Source of the DNA: Minisyncoccota bacterium
Lineage (GTDB): Bacteria > Patescibacteriota > Minisyncoccia > UBA6257 > 2-01-FULL-56-20
NCBI GenBank assembly: GCA_036510525.1
Contig: DATCDU010000020.1
Location: 246-64,245 of the forward strand
Reading direction: 5' to 3'
DNA: 64,000 bases
Shown: piece by piece, positions 17,416 through 26,927 of the stretch
Layout: each line of letters starts with the position of its first letter
Numbering within the stretch: the first letter of the stretch is position 1
The notes under the pieces: model-generated
Databases searched by the model: none
Told to the model about the DNA's origin: nothing
Seen by the model: the letters and a program-made list of their open reading frames with translations, nothing else
Position numbers and translations under genes: made by a program

Positions 17416-17827
17416 TGGTTTTTCCTGCGGCGAGGTTCAGAGCGTCAAGCACCAGTTTTTCTTCTTCGGGAGAAAGCTCGTCCGCCGATGCGATAGGAAC
17501 GTACGGCTGACTCTTCGAACCGTACCGCGCGTGATGGTGCTTCAGCCACAACGTAATCGCCGGCATCTTTTTTTCTTTGATGAGCGCGATGAGTTGCGTT
17601 TCGCTCATGTCATTCACGAATTCGATGCCGCGATCCATGGCATCCCGACTTTGCCGCATGAAGTCCTTGTCCTCCTGCCGCCAGCGATAGTACGTAGCAG
17701 AACTCACTCCCGCGCGTTTGCACGCCACGGTGATGACAGGCATCTCTTTCAAGAATTCGACGAGCCCTTGTTTATTGTCGTCCCGCCGCTCTATAACCGA
17801 GGGATTCTCCGCCGGATTAACAGGCAT
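17369..17827 (-). CDS. Phage terminase small subunit-like HTH protein
   Basis: HTH (ACKRAGVSSATYYRWRQ) directly upstream of, and overlapping, terL. Confidence 0.55.
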   Translation of the reverse strand: MPVNPAENPSVIERRDDNKQGLVEFLKEMPVITVACKRAGVSSATYYRWRQEDKDFMRQSRDAMDRGIEFVNDMSETQLIALIKEKKMPAITLWLKHHHARYGSKSQPYVPIASADELSPEEEKLVLDALNLAAGKTNEKDHRKRTRKDTGK

Positions 17828-17923
17828 TGATTCTTACGGCGGTAAGACCGGTCAGTTTCTCCCAGCGCCTCTTTATCACTTCGGCATACACCGGCGACTT
17901 TTCCATGAGGTAGCACCGGCGTT

Positions 17924-18004
17924 GCATCCCCTCCTCCGACCGACCCCTCTGGGACGCCCATGAAACCTCGCTACACGGGATTCAAGTCCGAGGTGGGGAG
18001 CAAA
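17924..18004 (+). repeat. ~80-bp direct repeat, copy A
   Basis: gcatcccctcctccgaccgacccctctgggacgcccatgaaacctcgctacacgggattcaagtccgaggtggggagcaaa; ~90% identical to 19067-19151; 3' part resembles a tRNA T-loop/acceptor end (ttcaagtcc...ggagca). Confidence 0.6.
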
Positions 18005-18033
18005 TCTTATTTTCTGTGTGTTAAGCTGTTTGT

Positions 18034-18105
18034 GATGCGGTAGCCAAGTGGTTAAGGCATTTGTCTGCAAAGCAAATCTCGTAGGTTCGACTCCTACCCG
18101 CATCT
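18034..18105 (+). tRNA. tRNA-Cys(GCA)
   Basis: GATGCGG-TA-GCCA-AGTGGTTA-AGGC-A-TTTGT-CTGCAAA-GCAAA-TCTCG-TAGGT-TCGACTC-CTACC-CGCATC-T; clean cloverleaf. Confidence 0.85.
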
Positions 18106-18106
18106 C

Positions 18107-19051
18107 ATGACTGCAAAAGAATACATCGAGCAGAGGTTGGAGGGCATGAAAGATAAAAGTATTGAGCCAAATATGAAACTGGCCGACTTTATTTTTGCGA
18201 GCATAATGTCAAAGAAGTTCAGAAAATATAGCGTGAACCCCGCAACCAACGACACGGTTCGTAAAGCCATCGAATTGAACATCGGGAATAACGAGCCCAT
18301 AAAAATCGCCATCCCGTTCGGTACCTATAAATTATGGAGGTTGGAGGAAAGCCCCGAACCGGACTGGGCTGAATTGTTCACGATGATCTATTACGCTTAC
18401 TGGCTAAAGCCCATAACGACCGTATACGAACCAGGGGTATGGTTTGATTTTTGCGGAGACGATGCAATCTTGGAATTGATGAATAATATTCCTGAAGTGG
18501 ATACTGAAAGATATAAAAAAGTTTTTAGAGAGCTGATAAATTTTATGGGGCGTTACCTGCCGGAAAATTTTAAATACACCCTCAGTCCCGTAGGTGAAAG
18601 ATACAGTTCACGAGAAGAATTTCTTGCCGACCTTAATGAAAAGATCAAAACACTAGAGCAGAATGGCGGTATCACACTGACTGAACGGGATATTGAAATG
18701 ATGAGGTTCAATATAATACCAAAAGCCGACACGGAGACAGATTTTAAAAAGAATCGGGTCTTACACGATGCATATATGGCGGTAAGCAAACGAAGAGCTC
18801 ATCATAAACGGCCAGATAAAATTCTTATATCAGCAACCCCTTTTGGCGATAGAACGAGCATCCCCCTGGGGACCACAAAAGCTTCTGTTGTTAAATTCCA
18901 AACAGGTGCGGGTGTTTTAAAAAGAAACAACGATAGTTTTGTGGAATATATCTATTCACCCTCACAACTAGAAGGCGGCAAGTTTCAATGGGAAGATATT
19001 CAAATCGAGGGGTTAACGGGAAAGAACTTCAGCCGAATAAGAATCGCATAG
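18107..19051 (+). CDS. Hypothetical protein (314 aa), no recognisable domain; starts 2 nt after tRNA-Cys
   Basis: ORF only; AT-rich; sits between the two 80-bp direct repeats. Confidence 0.5.
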   Translation: MTAKEYIEQRLEGMKDKSIEPNMKLADFIFASIMSKKFRKYSVNPATNDTVRKAIELNIGNNEPIKIAIPFGTYKLWRLEESPEPDWAELFTMIYYAYWLKPITTVYEPGVWFDFCGDDAILELMNNIPEVDTERYKKVFRELINFMGRYLPENFKYTLSPVGERYSSREEFLADLNEKIKTLEQNGGITLTERDIEMMRFNIIPKADTETDFKKNRVLHDAYMAVSKRRAHHKRPDKILISATPFGDRTSIPLGTTKASVVKFQTGAGVLKRNNDSFVEYIYSPSQLEGGKFQWEDIQIEGLTGKNFSRIRIA

Positions 19052-19066
19052 ATTCTTCGACTGAGG

Positions 19067-19151
19067 TGCATCGTTCCCCTCCACCGACCGACCCTCTGGG
19101 ACGCCCACGAAACCTCGCTCCATGGGATTCAAGTCCGAGGTGGGGAGCAAA
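19067..19151 (+). repeat. ~80-bp direct repeat, copy B (ends in the SD of the EEP gene)
   Basis: Aligns with 17924-18004; ends ...ggtggggagcaaag immediately before the ATG at 19153. Confidence 0.6.
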
Positions 19152-19152
19152 G

Positions 19153-19686
19153 ATGAAAATAGTATTTCTGAACACTTGGAACGGAAAAGTTCAGGATGGA
19201 ATATCCGACTTCATCAAAGAACAATCCACCGATACAGATGTTTTTTGTTTGCAAGAAGTATACGAGGAGATGAGACTACTCTGTAAAAAGCTTCTTCCGG
19301 ATTACAAAGAGGTCGTCGCGTATAAACGCATAGGCATAGAGAATGATTTTCCGCAGGCAACCTATTTAAAGAAAGGGTTACATCTACTATCTTCTGAAAT
19401 AGTGCTGGACAACCAGCCGGGCAAGGCCAATCCCAGCGACAAGAGTAGCTGGCAAAGTGGCGACCACCACCTACCGAAAAATGAGCGTAAGCTCTGGGGC
19501 GGGGCAATCGACGCCCATGGCCTGATTCTCTCTTTCACTGGCGCCCCCGAACTCGGCGATGAAGCCGCAATGCTCCTTGCTGCTGTGCGGATGGGGCTCC
19601 TTGATGAGGGTGAGGCGCTTGAGATCGCAACCATCAGCATCAATACGGTGTACACATCGGTCATTCGTTTATACCCCTACGAATGA
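19153..19686 (+). CDS. Endonuclease/exonuclease/phosphatase (EEP) family protein, apparently truncated
   Basis: MKIVFLNTWNG...DVFCLQEV N-terminal EEP motifs; only ~178 aa versus ~250-300 expected; the ORF-track start at 18988 runs through the repeat and is probably not the real start. Confidence 0.5.
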   Translation: MKIVFLNTWNGKVQDGISDFIKEQSTDTDVFCLQEVYEEMRLLCKKLLPDYKEVVAYKRIGIENDFPQATYLKKGLHLLSSEIVLDNQPGKANPSDKSSWQSGDHHLPKNERKLWGGAIDAHGLILSFTGAPELGDEAAMLLAAVRMGLLDEGEALEIATISINTVYTSVIRLYPYE

Positions 19687-19700
19687 TCACCGGCGCCAAT

Positions 19701-19739
19701 GGCAACAATCTCACTACGAGGTTGTTGCCTATTTTTTTA
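19701..19739 (+). terminator. Intrinsic terminator after the EEP gene
   Basis: ggcaacaa-(13 nt)-ttgttgcc followed by tatttttttat. Confidence 0.6.
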
Positions 19740-19832
19740 TCCTCTCTTTAAATAAGTTCGAACACTTTCCACGATTCGGAGTAGTCACTGATATAAGTTT
19801 ACGGACGGAATTTTAATTGATATACTGAACCC

Positions 19833-20051
19833 ATGCAAAAGATAGCCACCCGCGTATTCATCTATTCGTCGATTGTTTTTGGGATCATAGGGATCCTGGT
19901 GGTCTTCACGTTGCCCGGTACCGGCACCGATGCAGACAGCCCGTATTTCGGTATCCATATTCTCCTCATGAAGCTTTTGTTCGCGACCGTCTGTATCATA
20001 CTGCCCTCCTTCGCCTTGAGCATTGCGGGCAAGTATCTGAACGGCAAATAA
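19833..20051 (+). CDS. Small membrane protein (2 TM)
   Basis: 72-aa hydrophobic ORF. Confidence 0.35.
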   Translation: MQKIATRVFIYSSIVFGIIGILVVFTLPGTGTDADSPYFGIHILLMKLLFATVCIILPSFALSIAGKYLNGK

Positions 20052-20063
20052 TTCGCGGGGCAG

Positions 20064-20474
20064 ATGAAGAAACGCATTTCCAAATACACGCCGCGCGGGT
20101 ATAAGCTCTCGGTTCGGCGGGGCTTGAACGGCAAGGGGCTCTTCACTGAAGAAGATATCCCGAAGGGAGTCTGTGTTATTGAGTACGTTGGGCGTGTGGT
20201 CAGCCAGAAAGAGGCGGAGAATGACGAGGGCAGATATCTTTTCGACGTGAACGCGAAGAAAACGATCGACGGGAACATCCCCTCCAATCGGGCGCGATAC
20301 ATCAATCACTCCTGCAGGCCGAACTGCGAGGCCACCGGCCCGCACGACAAAGTGTTCATCTTTTCCCGCACGCGCATCAAGGCGGGAACCGAGCTCACCT
20401 ACGATTACGGAAAGGAATATTTCAATAAGTTCATCAAGCCGAAAGGTTGCCGATGCGAGAAGCACGGTGCCTGA
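20064..20474 (+). CDS. Bacterial SET-domain protein (putative lysine methyltransferase)
   Basis: RYINHSCRPNCE (NHSC motif), ELTYDYG, C-terminal Cys cluster (CRCEKHG); 136 aa. Confidence 0.8.
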   Translation: MKKRISKYTPRGYKLSVRRGLNGKGLFTEEDIPKGVCVIEYVGRVVSQKEAENDEGRYLFDVNAKKTIDGNIPSNRARYINHSCRPNCEATGPHDKVFIFSRTRIKAGTELTYDYGKEYFNKFIKPKGCRCEKHGA

Positions 20475-21253
20475 CGACCCATTATATGACCCCTCAGAAA
20501 ATAGGCATCACCCTTTTTGGATTATCGGTTCTCGCCATAGCGTTGTTGTTCGGTGTCGGCGGTAAAAAGGGGTTCAAGTCATTGATCTCGCTTGCGTTGA
20601 CGATCATCATATTGATGTCGGTGATCATCCCCTTGATAGCGAACGGCTATGATCCCGCCTGGGTCACCTTTATTGCCGCCATACCGATCACCGTCCTTAT
20701 TATTTATCTGACGGAGGGATTCACGGTCCTGTCGAACATTTCGATCGTCGCCATCCTCTTTAATTTTTCCCTCGTGAGCCTCCTCGCGTATTTTTCCATA
20801 TCGTTTGCAGGTTTCACCGGGGTCATTTCAGATGCGGCGAGCGTGGTCGGCGGAGAGGTCGGGATCAATCTTCAGTCCCTGCTCATTGCAGGGATCATGT
20901 TGGGCACCCTCGGCGCTATCATCGAGATGGTCGTGACCCAGGTGGCCACCGTCATCGAATTCATAGAAGCGTCTCCGCATGCGGATAAAAAATATATTTA
21001 TAAACAATCTTATAACGTCGGCGTTGCCCATCTTGGATCGATCATCAATACGCTCTTCCTTATCTATGCCGGGATCCTCCTGCCGTTGCTCATTGTTTCG
21101 ATAGGATCCCCCAACCCACTTTCCGAAATCATTGGCTATGAGCCGCTTTCCAGTGAGATCGTGAGGACCCTTGCCGGTACCATCGGCTTGATCATCGCCA
21201 TGCCGACCTCTACGTTCCTGGCAATATTCTGGCTGAAGAGGAAACATGAGTGA
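20447..21253 (+). CDS. YibE/F-family integral membrane protein
   Basis: Multi-TM protein with the YibE/F-like pattern. Confidence 0.6.
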   Translation: MPMREARCLTTHYMTPQKIGITLFGLSVLAIALLFGVGGKKGFKSLISLALTIIILMSVIIPLIANGYDPAWVTFIAAIPITVLIIYLTEGFTVLSNISIVAILFNFSLVSLLAYFSISFAGFTGVISDAASVVGGEVGINLQSLLIAGIMLGTLGAIIEMVVTQVATVIEFIEASPHADKKYIYKQSYNVGVAHLGSIINTLFLIYAGILLPLLIVSIGSPNPLSEIIGYEPLSSEIVRTLAGTIGLIIAMPTSTFLAIFWLKRKHE

Positions 21254-23174
21254 GGTGCGAAGACGCGTACGCCAATATCTTCTTGCGCACTGGCTCCCCT
21301 TCGCGCTTATCGTTCTTTTTGTACTGCAAAATTATCTCTTTGACGTGTGGCTGAAGATCTATCCGAATACCAACCTCGGCAGCCTTATCGCCGGATCCGC
21401 AGGCCTTGCAATCATTCTTTTTGCTCCGGCGTTACTGTTTCGAAAACGAACCGGATATGTATATCTCGGCATCGCCTCGATCGTCGCCGCGCTTATCTTC
21501 GTCTCTCAATACCTCTACTACGCGTATTCGGGGGGCTTCCTGCAGGCTTCGTCACTTTTTTATGCAGGGCAAGGAACCGACGAAATTGCCACGATCATAA
21601 CGTTGCTCAATTATAATCTGCTGCTCTTTGTTCTGGGGCCCGTGCTCGTCCTCGTGCATTGGGTAGTGTGCCGCCGCAACCGGACGGAAGTCGTGAAACT
21701 TTCCCGGAAAAAGAAGGTTGTCATTGGCATTATCATCGTGCTTATCGCCGCGCTGTGTTATGGATATGTCTTCGGAAAAGAACGCATCCAAAACGGGAGC
21801 GACACTCAGCTTTATAACTACAACAGGGTCTACGATGTGAATCAGCTGGTGAGCAAGATCGGTATCGTAAATTTTTATATCGGCGACATCATTACCGCAA
21901 TCGCCGAAAACAACCAGATCACTCCCGCGGATGTGGCCTTTGTGCAATCATGGGTCAAACAGAAACCGCCGATGCCACCTCCCGGCAGCGATTTCGGGAT
22001 AGCAAAAGGGCGAAATCTTATTTTCATCCAAGTGGAATCGCTGGAGAACGCCGTCATCAACACAAAAATAAATGGTCAAGAAATAACGCCCAACCTGAAC
22101 GCGCTCGCGAGCGAAGGGCTTTATTTCCCCAACTATTATTCCGAAGTAGGCCCCGGCACCACCGCCGACGCGGAATTCACGACTTTGAATTCCCTCTATG
22201 CCCTGCCGGACCAGGTCGCTTTCATCTCCTATCCCGACGATACTTGTTCCGCATTGCCAAGCCTGCTAAAAAATAACGGGTACAGCACCTGTTCGCTCCA
22301 CGGTGATGTCGCGAGCTTCTGGAACCGCGCGAATATTTATCCAAACCTTGGATACCAACAATGGTTCAGCCGCCCGGACTTTGCCATCCCGCGGGACATC
22401 GGCGCTTTCGATCTGGGAGACGAGGACTTCTTTGATCAGGCCGCGCCCAAACTGGAGTCATTCCCTCAGCCCTTCATGGCCACGCTCATCACGTTAAGCT
22501 CGCATACCCCATTCCAAATACCGGCGGACCTTGAGACGCTCAACATCCCCTCTTCGACCAACCTCACGTGGATCCAATACCAATATTTGGAGAGTGTTCA
22601 CTATACCGATCAGGCCATCGGCAATTTTATCAATGAACTCAAGCAAGATGGTCTCTATAATAATTCGCTGATCGTCATTTACGGCGATCATAGTAGCTAC
22701 ACGGATATTGCGAGCGCTCTCGGAGTGAACAACACTCCCTTTTCCAATTTCAGCCTGCAGAACACGCAGGTTCCACTGATCATTCTTGAGCCCGGCTCGT
22801 CAACGTTGCCGAATAAGATAGACGAAACCCCGGGAAGCCATCTTGATCTCTATCCCACCGTAGCGGATATGCTCGGCGTCGCTCCGCCCTCCACGGTGCT
22901 CGGCCAGGATCTGCTCACCACCAAAACTCCGGTCGTGGTGGCACGCAATCTCGTATCGGGAACCGTGAATACGATCCTTACCAACGATCTCGCCTATCAG
23001 GCATCTCCCGACGGGATATACGCCGACGGCACGTGCATCACATTACCGAGCAAAGCGCCGCTTCCTGTAACGGCCTGCGCCGCCCTATATAACGATGAGT
23101 CGAGCACGGTAAAGGCATCCGACCTCATGATCGAAGGAAATATGATCGGAGGCATCGTCCATACATCGCCCTAA
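21246..23174 (+). CDS. LTA-synthase/phosphoglycerol-transferase family membrane sulfatase
   Basis: N-terminal 5 TM, extracellular alkaline-phosphatase-superfamily domain (...QVESLENAVIN..., ...SLHGDVASFWNRANIYP...). Confidence 0.8.
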   Translation: MSEVRRRVRQYLLAHWLPFALIVLFVLQNYLFDVWLKIYPNTNLGSLIAGSAGLAIILFAPALLFRKRTGYVYLGIASIVAALIFVSQYLYYAYSGGFLQASSLFYAGQGTDEIATIITLLNYNLLLFVLGPVLVLVHWVVCRRNRTEVVKLSRKKKVVIGIIIVLIAALCYGYVFGKERIQNGSDTQLYNYNRVYDVNQLVSKIGIVNFYIGDIITAIAENNQITPADVAFVQSWVKQKPPMPPPGSDFGIAKGRNLIFIQVESLENAVINTKINGQEITPNLNALASEGLYFPNYYSEVGPGTTADAEFTTLNSLYALPDQVAFISYPDDTCSALPSLLKNNGYSTCSLHGDVASFWNRANIYPNLGYQQWFSRPDFAIPRDIGAFDLGDEDFFDQAAPKLESFPQPFMATLITLSSHTPFQIPADLETLNIPSSTNLTWIQYQYLESVHYTDQAIGNFINELKQDGLYNNSLIVIYGDHSSYTDIASALGVNNTPFSNFSLQNTQVPLIILEPGSSTLPNKIDETPGSHLDLYPTVADMLGVAPPSTVLGQDLLTTKTPVVVARNLVSGTVNTILTNDLAYQASPDGIYADGTCITLPSKAPLPVTACAALYNDESSTVKASDLMIEGNMIGGIVHTSP

Positions 23175-23364
23175 CAAATTGACGAACTGGCATTTTGCTG
23201 CTATGCTTATGGAAAATAAACCAATCATAGAAATGGCAAAACGAGGAACCTGGATAACGGGTCAGCGATCGCATTCTAAGAAAACGAAGAAGCGGCTTGA
23301 GGCGAAAAAAGTCATGTTGGCCGCAAAAGCAGCAAAGCGACGCAGCAAATAATCGCACATAACG

Positions 23365-24264
23365 ATGCCCACGAATAGAAAAATACGAAAAGCCATCATT
23401 CCGGCGGCAGGCTTCGGGACACGATTTTTACCGGCCACAAAAGCTCAGCCAAAAGAGATGCTGCCGGTCGTCGATAAACCGATCATCCAGTACGTGGTTG
23501 AAGACGCCGTCGCGGCGGGCATCGAGGACATCATCATCGTCACCGGATCCTTAAAGCGCAGCATTGAAGATCATTTCGATTATCCCTATGAACTCGAGCG
23601 GCGCCTGGAGGCTTCGGGAAAGACCGCAGAGCTGGATGAGATCCGCAAGATCGCCGATCTGGCAAACTTTTATTTCGTGCGACAAAAAGGCCCCGTCGGC
23701 AGTGCGACGGCCATTTGGAATGCGCGCGCGGTCATCGGCGATGAACCGTTCCTCGTGCTCTGGGGAGACGAATTCATGGACGCGACGCCCACCCGTTCAC
23801 AGCAATTGGTGAAGGCATTCGCGGAGTCCGACGCCGGCGTCATGCTCGCGAGCGTTACCAGAAACAGGCGCAGAGATTATGACCGGTATGGATATGCCAC
23901 GGGAAAAGAGATCAAGCCCGGGCTACTGGACGTCAAAGAGATCGTGGAGAAACCGGGCATGGGCAACATAGATTCGGATTACGCGATCATCGGCGGTTCT
24001 GTATATGAACCGGAAATGTTCAACGCCATCGAGGAAGCGATGAAACACCATGACCCGAGCAACGGGCGCGAACTGATCTATATCGATGCCATCAAGATCC
24101 TCCTCGAACGCGGTAAGCGATGCGAGGCCCTCAAGATCCTAAATGGCGAATTTTATGATTGCGGAAGCAAATTGGAATATCTTAAAGCGGTCGTCACGTT
24201 CGGCTTGCGGCATGAGGATCTGCGTGAGGACTTTGAGGCGTATATAAAAAGTTTGACGAAATAA
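23365..24264 (+). CDS. galU: UTP--glucose-1-phosphate uridylyltransferase
   Basis: KAIIPAAGFGTRFLPATKAQPKEMLPVVDKPIIQY. Confidence 0.85.
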   Translation: MPTNRKIRKAIIPAAGFGTRFLPATKAQPKEMLPVVDKPIIQYVVEDAVAAGIEDIIIVTGSLKRSIEDHFDYPYELERRLEASGKTAELDEIRKIADLANFYFVRQKGPVGSATAIWNARAVIGDEPFLVLWGDEFMDATPTRSQQLVKAFAESDAGVMLASVTRNRRRDYDRYGYATGKEIKPGLLDVKEIVEKPGMGNIDSDYAIIGGSVYEPEMFNAIEEAMKHHDPSNGRELIYIDAIKILLERGKRCEALKILNGEFYDCGSKLEYLKAVVTFGLRHEDLREDFEAYIKSLTK

Positions 24265-24303
24265 AGAGTCGTGCACGATAGTGCCCGACTCTTTATTTAT
24301 TGG
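24261..24303 (+). terminator. Intrinsic terminator after galU
   Basis: ataaagagtcg-(14 nt)-cgactctttat; a 9-11-bp stem followed by a T-rich tract. Confidence 0.6.
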
Positions 24304-24361
24304 TATAATGGAAGAATATGAAGATTTCCGGGGTATATAACAAGGTATTGGGTGGGTAATC

Positions 24362-25642
24362 ATGAAAAAAATACTTTTAGCTTCCTTCTCAGCGGTGTTT
24401 GTGGCCGCGATCTTTACCGTAATGGCCGCGCGACAGCTTCCCGCTGCCTACGCACAGGCCATCGCCGCATCCACAAGTACGCCCACGAGCAGCAGTTCCC
24501 TGCAGGCCCAGCTTGACGCCAATAACGCGGCGATGGCTACCCTTAATGCTCAGATCGCCCAATATCAGGCGGAGCTTCAGCAGGTCGGCGCGAACAAGAA
24601 GACGCTCCAGGCAGCGATCAACTCGCTCGACCTCCAAAAGAACAAGGTACAGACGCAAATCACGCTCACGCAGACGCAGATCAAGAACACCCAGATCCAG
24701 ATCCAGCAGCTCGGTGGCGAGATCACAAACGCCCAACAAACGATCGCGTCTGAACAAACGGCGCTCGGGGCATATCTGCTCAGCTTGCAGAAGGCGGACG
24801 CCAAGCCGCTCATCCAGCAGATGCTCTCGTCCGGCGGCCTCGTGCAGTCGTGGAGCGACCTGAACCAAACATTGCAGATCCAAGAGGGCATCCAGAACGA
24901 GATGCAGACGCTCAAGTCGCAGGAAAGCACGCTTACCGATACGCAGACCGCTTCGGAACAGAAACAAAGCACGCTGACGGCGCAACAGCAATCGCTCACG
25001 GCACAACAGCAGTCGCTCGTCTCAACGGAGCAATCCAAGTCCCAGCTTTTGACCGAGACGAACGCGCAGGAGGCGACATACGAGAAGCTGCTCGCGGCGG
25101 CGAACGCACAGCTGAACAGCTTTTCGGCATTCGCTGCGGCCGCCGGCGGATCAAAACTGCTCGGCAATCAGACCATCTGCGATTCGTGGGGCTGTTATTA
25201 TAATCAGCGCGACAGTGCCTGGGGCAGTGATCCCCTCGACGGCACGAGTTACTCCATGGCAGCCGACGGATGCCTTGTTACCGCCATGGCGATGGTGCTC
25301 ACCCATTACGGCTACAAGGATGTGACGCCGGTCACGATCAATTCCAATCCGAACGATTTTGCGGCATACCAACCGGCATATTTATTGACGACCATCAACG
25401 TGGACGGCGTGACCGCGGCACGCAAGACCACTACCATTGACGCTACGCTCGCCACCGGCAATCCGGTGATCGTGGGCATCAATGCCTACGGCGGCACGCA
25501 CTTCGTGGTGCTCATAAGCGGCAGCAAAGGAAGCTATATTATGAAAGATCCGTACATTGTGGACGGCAATAATGTCAGTTTTACCTCGAAGTATACCATC
25601 AGAAGTATCTACGCGATCTCGAAGGTGATAATCGGCAGCTAA
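24362..25642 (+). CDS. Secreted coiled-coil protein with C-terminal papain-like (peptidase C39-like/CHAP-like) domain; PcsB-like cell-wall hydrolase architecture
   Basis: Signal/TM, Q-rich coiled coil, then DGCLVTAMAMVLTHYG (Cys) ... GGTHFVVL (His). Confidence 0.55.
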   Translation: MKKILLASFSAVFVAAIFTVMAARQLPAAYAQAIAASTSTPTSSSSLQAQLDANNAAMATLNAQIAQYQAELQQVGANKKTLQAAINSLDLQKNKVQTQITLTQTQIKNTQIQIQQLGGEITNAQQTIASEQTALGAYLLSLQKADAKPLIQQMLSSGGLVQSWSDLNQTLQIQEGIQNEMQTLKSQESTLTDTQTASEQKQSTLTAQQQSLTAQQQSLVSTEQSKSQLLTETNAQEATYEKLLAAANAQLNSFSAFAAAAGGSKLLGNQTICDSWGCYYNQRDSAWGSDPLDGTSYSMAADGCLVTAMAMVLTHYGYKDVTPVTINSNPNDFAAYQPAYLLTTINVDGVTAARKTTTIDATLATGNPVIVGINAYGGTHFVVLISGSKGSYIMKDPYIVDGNNVSFTSKYTIRSIYAISKVIIGS

Positions 25643-25651
25643 GCGGCCGCA

Positions 25652-26542
25652 TCATACGATCGCGCCGAGCGCGATTGTAATGAAAAGCACCACCATGACG
25701 ATGAGCGACAGGAAGAACATTTGACGTGCCCAACTTCGGTTTGCGTTGCTCGCGCTATCCGTTATCCAAAATCCCCGTAGTCCGTCCGCGAGCCACACAA
25801 GGCCGAGCACGAGTGCGATGACGAGATAGACAATTCCCGCATAACCGAACATAAAAAGCAGTGATGCGGCGAGCGCGAACTCTATGATGTAAATGAGCAT
25901 ACTGAACTTCGTGCGCCGGAGGCCGTTCTTGACCGGCATCACCGGGACTCCCGCAGCGGCGTAATCGTCATGCCGCCGGATCGCGATCGCAAAAAAATGC
26001 GGCATCTGCCACGCGAGCATGATGAGAAATAAGATCGCCGCCGCCATATCGATCCGCCCGCTCGCCGCGGCGTAACCGACCACCGGCGGCGTGGCGCCCG
26101 CGATCGCCCCGATGAACGTGCCGTATACGGAATTGCGTTTCCCCCACAGCGTATATACGCACACGTAGAAGATGAATCCCACGACCGCCGCAAGCGTGGC
26201 AAGAAGATTAGTGCACAGGATAAGAACGAGGAATCCGACAATGCCGAGCACGCTTGCAAAAACGAACGCGTCGCGCCCGGAGACGTGCGATTTGACGAGC
26301 GCGCGTTGCTTCGTGCGATCCATCTTTATATCAATATCGCGGTCGATATAGTTATTGAACACGCATCCCGATGCCATCACGAGGGCGATGCCGACAACGG
26401 TCGCGAGCAGCAACCCCCAGTTGATGGGTAATATACCGAGTATCCCGTGCACGATCCGTGCACCGAGCAAAAATCCCGCGATCACGGTGACGAGATTGCC
26501 GAACACCAATCCCGACTTAGTGAGTTCGTAATAATATTTCAT
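25652..26542 (-). CDS. cyoE: Protoheme IX farnesyltransferase (heme O synthase)
   Basis: UbiA-family NNYIDRDIDIKMDRTKQRALV; multi-TM. Confidence 0.85.
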   Translation of the reverse strand: MKYYYELTKSGLVFGNLVTVIAGFLLGARIVHGILGILPINWGLLLATVVGIALVMASGCVFNNYIDRDIDIKMDRTKQRALVKSHVSGRDAFVFASVLGIVGFLVLILCTNLLATLAAVVGFIFYVCVYTLWGKRNSVYGTFIGAIAGATPPVVGYAAASGRIDMAAAILFLIMLAWQMPHFFAIAIRRHDDYAAAGVPVMPVKNGLRRTKFSMLIYIIEFALAASLLFMFGYAGIVYLVIALVLGLVWLADGLRGFWITDSASNANRSWARQMFFLSLIVMVVLFITIALGAIV

Positions 26543-26554
26543 GATGGTCAGTCC

Positions 26555-26923
26555 TTAGAATCCATCCTGACTTTGAATGTAGGTGTTCATGTCCGCTGGC
26601 GATGCCATCATATTGTAGTTCAGATGGTTCATGATCCAGATGGAGCCGACGACCACGATGAGGATGATGCCCACGGCGGAGACGAGCGCGCCAAGCTTCC
26701 AGCGCGGCCCGGATTCGTCTGCGAGGTGCATGAAAAATATGAGCTGGACAAAAAGCTGGACGATCGCGAGGGCAAGCAGGATGCCGATGAGCATATCCGG
26801 CGTGAACATCGCGCGGCTGGAACTGCCAGAACTGATATAGGCCGAGACGAGCCATGCTGCCCCGAGCGTGAGCACGAGTGAAAGCACGAATCCGGTGATG
26901 TATGACTTGAGTGAAGCTTTCAT
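26555..26923 (-). CDS. cyoD: Cytochrome o ubiquinol oxidase subunit IV
   Basis: 122-aa 3-TM protein in the operon position. Confidence 0.65.
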   Translation of the reverse strand: MKASLKSYITGFVLSLVLTLGAAWLVSAYISSGSSSRAMFTPDMLIGILLALAIVQLFVQLIFFMHLADESGPRWKLGALVSAVGIILIVVVGSIWIMNHLNYNMMASPADMNTYIQSQDGF

Positions 26924-26927
26924 TGGT

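Noticed and set aside
17718-18103. ORFs 17718-17963 (+) and 17876-18103 (-) from the track
   Set aside because: They run through the 80-bp direct repeat and tRNA-Cys; no protein features.
19785-20465. 226-aa minus-strand ORF
   Set aside because: Antisense to the well-supported SET-domain gene and the small membrane ORF; no motifs.
24389-25372. Several antisense and alternative-frame ORFs across the Q-rich region of the PcsB-like gene
   Set aside because: Low-complexity repeat region creates open frames on both strands; the forward frame has signal peptide, coiled coil and a peptidase domain.
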